Shown here one piece after another: positions 58,801 to 64,000 of a stretch of DNA of 64,000 nucleotides. This DNA is from Phyllosticta citribraziliensis (Eukaryota), in assembly GCF_038025025.1 (NCBI RefSeq), contig NW_027117353.1, positions 62,001-126,000 on the forward strand, written 5' to 3'. The notes below the pieces were generated by a model. The model worked only from the letters and a program-made list of their open reading frames with translations. It was not told where the DNA came from and made no database searches. Both the position numbers and the translations under genes were made by a program. How positions within the stretch are numbered: the first letter of the stretch is position 1; each line of letters starts with the position of its first letter.

Positions 58801-61800
58801 GAGAACGAGTGAACGAGGGAGCATTCATACCTTTGGGGATGCCAGTGCTGCCAGATGTGAAGATGAGACAGACGACGTCGTCGTCGGCCGGGACGTCGTC
58901 CTGCGGGACCTGGTCTAGATCAGCGCCAACGGCTTCGTCGAGTATCGTGTCGACCGCCAGAGCCGTCACCCCTTCAAGTCTCTGGGTCACGGATGCTTCC
59001 GAAGGATACAGGACGAGATCGGTCTCGGCCAATTCCAGCATCAGCCGCTGCCGCTCGTGCGCGATCTTGTGGTCAAGGGGCAGGTACGCCGCGCCCGTCT
59101 TGAGAACAGCCAGGATGGCCACGATCCACCCGATCGAGCCGTCGGCGAGGACTGCGATGAACTTTGACCTGGATCCTGTGCTCACAAGCCTTGATGCCAC
59201 GACGTCGCTACGGCGGTCGAGTTCTCGGTACGTCACGGCGACGCTGTCGAACTCGAGCGCAGGCAGCGAGGCAAACCGTTCGGCGGCCTCGCTGAACGCT
59301 GCTTTCAGAGTGCGGGGGCCGACATACGGCTCTCGCAGACCTTCGAAGCCGTCGACCAACGACCTCTGCTCGACGCGGCTCATCATGGAGTGTGCAATCT
59401 CGCCAATCGCGCGGTTCCAGGCGCCTTCGACCATGGCGAACAGGACGTTTTCAAAGTGCTGCGCCATGCGCTCGACGGTGGCCGCGTCGAAGCGGTCGTG
59501 GCGGTAGATGAAGCGCGCTTCCAGAGCGCCGTTGGCCGACTCGATCAGGACGCTCAGGGGCAGCTCAGAGGTCTCGGTGGCTTTGACGTCGTACGGCGCG
59601 GGCACGTCGGTCGACGGCCAGGCCGCCTCGGGGAAGTCGTACTGCAGGGCGAGCAGCGTCTCGAACAGGTCTGTCGCCTTGGTTCCGGTGGCCGACTGGA
59701 TGAGAGCGTTGGAGGACGTCTGGTAGTCGCTCATCTCACACAGCGACGCGAAGACGTCGTGCAGAAGCTCAAAGCTCGAGTCTGCATGGCCGAGACGCAC
59801 ACGCAGAGGGAGCGTGCTGAGGAGTGGACCGCAGACTTCGGCGATGCCCTCGACAGGGACGTTTCTTCCTGCGAGGACTGCTCCCATGATGACGTCCTTG
59901 GATGCGCAGTACTTGGAGAGCACGACGGCCCAAGCGGCGTAGAAAATGGCCGCCGGCGTGACTTTGGCGACCTGCGAGACTTGTTCCAAGTCGGTCGGCG
60001 CCATGCGCAGGCGGATGGATCTCTCCGACTGCTTGTTTGACGTGGGAGTCGAGCTCTGAGGGAGTGTCAGGCGAGGCACGACGTCCAGCTGGCCAATCTT
60101 GCTTGCCCAGTAGTTGCGAGCCTCAGCTTCCTGCGACGCCTGCAGCGACCTGATGGACCTGGAGACTGCGGCGAAGCTCGGCCGCCGTGGGAGGATCGCA
60201 GTGTTTCCTGTAGCGGCGGCGAGCGCAAAGTCGTTGACGAAGCTGGCGATGGACCAGCCGTCCGTCAGACTGTGGTGCACCGTCCACGTCAGACGAGTCC
60301 GTTGACCGGGAACTGTCAACAGCTGGACGGATGACAGGGAAGAGACGTGAGGCAGCTCCAGAGCGACGGGATCGCTGCCTTCCCAGTTGTCGAGCCTGCG
60401 GCAGGCTTCGTCAAAGTCGGCGTCCTGGATGAAGTCTTCTGTCCAGGCCATCGACGCTTCGTCGTGGATGAGTTGCACTCCCGCACCTTCTGAGAGCAGG
60501 AATGTCGTTCGACAAATCTCGTGGCTACCAACGGCTGCATACCAGGCCTCTTTGAGCTTGGATGCAATGTTGCGTCCGTTTTGGAGATCAAATGTCGCGC
60601 TGACCCGGATGTAGTTGACGGATGGGGACTCGATCGTGCCGTGCACCATCCTAAGCTGCATGTCGGTCATTGGTGCAACTTTGATGACAGAGGCAGGTCT
60701 CTTGCCAAAATGGTGCTCCACTGGCTGCCACAATGCTTGCTCCTCTTCAATACTGTCCGAGGGATGGTCCGCCGCCTCCGCAGTGACTTTGACCAAAGCG
60801 TCGCTAATCGCTTCGACAGTGTCCAGAGAAAATATCTGAGGAACCGTGATTGAGTACGAATGCTTCCTCAGTGTTGTCGTGATGCGGACAGCTGCGAGGG
60901 AATGCCCGCCTAATTCTCGGAATGACTGATTATTTGAAAGATCTGAAAGGCGGACGCCGAGTGCGGTTCTAAACGCCTCCATCACGGCCTGTTTGGGCTC
61001 CAGGTCTTCTCCGCTCATGACGGCATCTTCTGCATCGTCGACCACAAGACTTCGGAGCGCCTTCAAGTCTATTTTGCCGTTGCTGGTCATGGGCAGTTGG
61101 TCCAACGCTACGATGTTGTCCGGCACAAGGAAGCTTGAGTATTCCTGGAGCAGTCGTTCCCTCAACCCATCAGCAGCGCTGGACGGCGTGACAAAAGCGT
61201 GTAGACGACCGTTCTCCATCAAGGCGGCTGCGGCGGTGACTGAACTTACGCTCAGAAGGGCTGGTTCAATTTCGGTCTCCAGGTTGACCAGGAACCCGCG
61301 GTTCTTGACCAAGCTGTCCTTGCGGCCGGCGAAGGTGATGCCAGCCGATGTCATCTTGCCAAAATCGCCGCTCTTGTATAATCTTTCGCCTTTGTGCATC
61401 ACAAAAGCCTTCGCGGTCCGTTCGGGGTCATTGAAGTAGCCGACGGCGAGCCCAAGGCCACCGATGCAGATTTCGCCCTCGTCTGCTTCGTTTCCGGACT
61501 CGTCCAGCAAAATGACAGACGTGTTGTTCACGGGATAGCCTAGCACTATCGGACTTCCTGGCTGCAGCTCTGCCATCAACGTGACGCAGGTTGCTTCTGT
61601 GGGGCCGTACGCGTTCCACACCTTTCGTTTAGGGTTCGCCCAAGCATTGACGAGGGCTTCTGAGGGCTTCTCTCCGCCCAGGAGGACAGACTCGACCGAA
61701 TAGTATCCGGACGTTGGATCCAGGGCCATGAGTATACTTGGCGTCAGAGGAAGTTCGGTGCACGTTTGTGCTGCCTTTGCAAAGGTTTCTGGGCTAGCGA

Positions 61801-62535
61801 TGACGAGGCAGCCTCCGTTGCAGAGGGTGCTGAATAAGACGCCAGCACAACCTGCATAAGACGACCGATCAATAACAGGTTCAGGGGTAGGGTGATACCC
61901 TTGGTGGACTTACCGTCAAAGGCGATGGAGAATAACATCAAGACCCGGCTGCGTGGAGTGACTTTGACGTTGAAGGAGGATTCTTGACCATTGCTCCGAG
62001 CATAGTTGGCCATGGAACGATGCGCCACCATGACACCCTTTGGCTTTCCTGTCGAGCCAGAGGTGAAGATGATGTACGCCAAGTCATCCGGCGAAGGCGC
62101 ATCCTCAACAGAGCCGTCGTGGACCTGATCGAAAACCATGTCTTCGTTCGCAAAGCGGATGATCTCGTATCCAGCCAGCGGCGCGTCCAACTCTTCGGTG
62201 CAGACGACAGTCCTGGCACCGACGATACTGAGCGTGGTCTCGATCCGTTCGGGGCCCCAGGAGCTCAGGTCGACGGGTACGTAGCAGGCTCCCAGCTTCA
62301 GTATTGCAAGGACTGCCACCACCATTGCGGGCGATCTTGCTGCCAGCAGGGGGATGCGGTCGCCTTTTCGAAGGCCGTGGGCTTTCAGCTTTTGGCAGAA
62401 GTTGCTTGATGCGATGTCGATTTCGCGATACGTGTACTGGCGAAGAGACGACGGTCCTTTTGTCCAGTCGTCTAGGGCGGGACGCGAGGCATGCTCTGCG
62501 GCGCATTGTGCAAAGAGGTCGACGATCGAGCCCAT
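55898..62535 (-). CDS. Bimodular NRPS A-T-C-A-T-C (~2153 aa), GliP/SirP-like diketopiperazine synthetase; introns 61852-61913, 58773-58830, 58445-58500
   Basis: A1: YIIFTSGSTGKPKG, NAYGPTE, YKSGD, SNGKID. T1: LGGHSL. C1: HHSLTDG. A2: FTSGSTGIPKG, NAYGPAE, YRTGD. T2: VGGHSL. Terminal C: SHIVGDATS. The three canonical introns restore a single frame. Confidence 0.9.
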
Positions 62536-63769
62536 TTTCGAGGTACTATTCGTGCGGCTTAAAGGTGTCGAGGAGATGATGAGCTCAAGAGATTTGCCAA
62601 ATCAAGAACGATGGATGAATTGTCTTGAAGAGGTTGCGATTCGGGAGGGCTGAGAGAAGAGGAGGATTGGGGTTGGATTATCACTGCGACAATCCCAGGT
62701 GCCCAAGAAAACATGGAAGAAAGTAATGGCTTTTGACGCAGATCGAGAGGCCTTGCAACATGGAAATCTTATGTTGTTCTGGGTGTTCGTAAAGTGGAAG
62801 TGATTCTTTCCCAAAAGGGCCCGGCCGCATATACTAACCGAAAGTAGTCGCCGACATGTGCGTGGGCTATGTTCGCTTTCTCTCCAACGCGACCGTCTCA
62901 TCGAGCCGCGATTATTCGCCGTGAGTGGCTTGGCTGGGAACTCGACTCAGCTTACTTCCAGAACGCTGCAGGTCCGCAGACCCTGGAGTAGTGGTTCCCG
63001 ATTGTGTGGCTTCGAGAGCCAAATTTTGGAAATTGAAGATTTGGGCACTGTCAATTCGTGAGAGCTCAGCCTTGTGGATCTTGGACTCGTGTTCCAAGGT
63101 CTATTCTCAACGAGGATCCTTCTTACCTCACGATCCGGGCCTGTCGTCGTTGGACCAGTCTTGTCCAACCGGAATGCGCCAGGCAGATGACGAAAGCATT
63201 GCATGTTCAGTTTCTCGTGCGTCTCTGCATCGAATTACATCTCGAGGTCATGACTTTGCATCAAGGCGGAAGAGTAACCTTGTTGCAATGCTTGACCAAG
63301 CTTCTAGACGTTCAGTGCTCATTCGCTCCCCGTACTGCTGCCGAAATACCAACTCCTCTTTGGAGCTTCTATGTTGCGCGGTAGTGTGGACTCAGCATCC
63401 GATGGAGAACTCTTGCAGTGGTCCGAAAACCCAGAGGGAGCATCCTGCTGACCGCACAAGTGTCTACGGCGAATTTGGAGGCAGGATGCCTCGAATGATG
63501 TTGGATTCGTCTCTGCCATTTGTGTCTCCGAGTCGCATCACTCGCCTTCCACGGAGCGTCCGCGGCAATCCGTGGATTTGCTGCTTATTCTCTCCCATAC
63601 TCAGGTGAATTAGTGTAGTCAGTCATACGTGCCGACAAAGGCCTTTCCATCAGGAGACAGGAACTGCCCAATGAACTCGTCGGAATTGGGGATATTCAAA
63701 AGGACCAAGAATCGCGACTTACACAATACACTTCTCTGCAACAGATCACTTCCACTTGTCTAGATTAGC

Positions 63770-64000
63770 TCAGGGACTCCCCCTCTTCGATCCAACATGG
63801 ACTTCCAAGACGCCTTTCTCGCTCAGTCTTCTAAGCATCTCTCTCATGATCTTTTCTTTCTCTTGGGAAGATACTCGAAGCGGCCCTCGATCCCTGCTGC
63901 TGCCATCTTTTCCAGGCTGGGCAGGGTTGCTAATTTGACTCTCTTTGTTCTCTTCACTGTGGCGATTGGAATTGTAAGTCTTGTTCATCTCTTTGAGAAG
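63770..64000 (-). CDS. Possible 3' end of a gene entering from beyond the window
   Basis: The frame is open from the window edge (LLKEMNKTY...) to a TGA at 63770. No recognisable motif. Confidence 0.25.
   Translation of the reverse strand, partial: LLKEMNKTYNSNRHSEENKESQISNPAQPGKDGSSRDRGPLRVSSQEKEKIMREMLRRLSEKGVLEVHVGSKRGSP

Noticed and set aside
62900..63610. ORFs upstream of the NRPS as candidate cluster genes or transposon remnants
   Set aside because: No P450, GST, transcription-factor or transposase motifs and no terminal repeats were seen.

Overview
This is eukaryotic DNA from a GC-rich, microsatellite-rich filamentous ascomycete, judged from short GT..AG introns with CTRAC-type branch points. 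The species cannot be assigned from sequence alone. I can support about 15 protein-coding genes, several only after hand-splicing: the 3' part of mitochondrial ribosomal protein uL15m, a Clg1/Pcl-type cyclin behind a ~6 kb intergenic region, peroxisomal acyl-CoA thioesterase II, a type-II NADH dehydrogenase, a hypothetical membrane protein, a PQ-loop transporter, a WW-domain protein, a ~2940-aa FMP27/Hobbit bridge-like lipid transfer protein, a DUF202 membrane protein, DBP5, BZZ1, a GH72 Gas/Gel transglucosidase, a YGR210C-like OBG GTPase and an A-T-C-A-T-C NRPS of the GliP/SirP (ETP/diketopiperazine) type. The most unusual element is a ~1830-aa secreted protein (33416-38958). It carries an AA11 LPMO-like domain with an altered copper site (no His1; Tyr replaced by Trp), dibasic Kex2-like sites, seven copies of a Cys-free ~80-100-aa beta-rich module separated by Ser/Thr tandem repeats, and two C-terminal X278/CBM19-like modules. 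No tRNA, rRNA, CRISPR or intact transposon was recognised. All family assignments come from motif recognition, not database searches.
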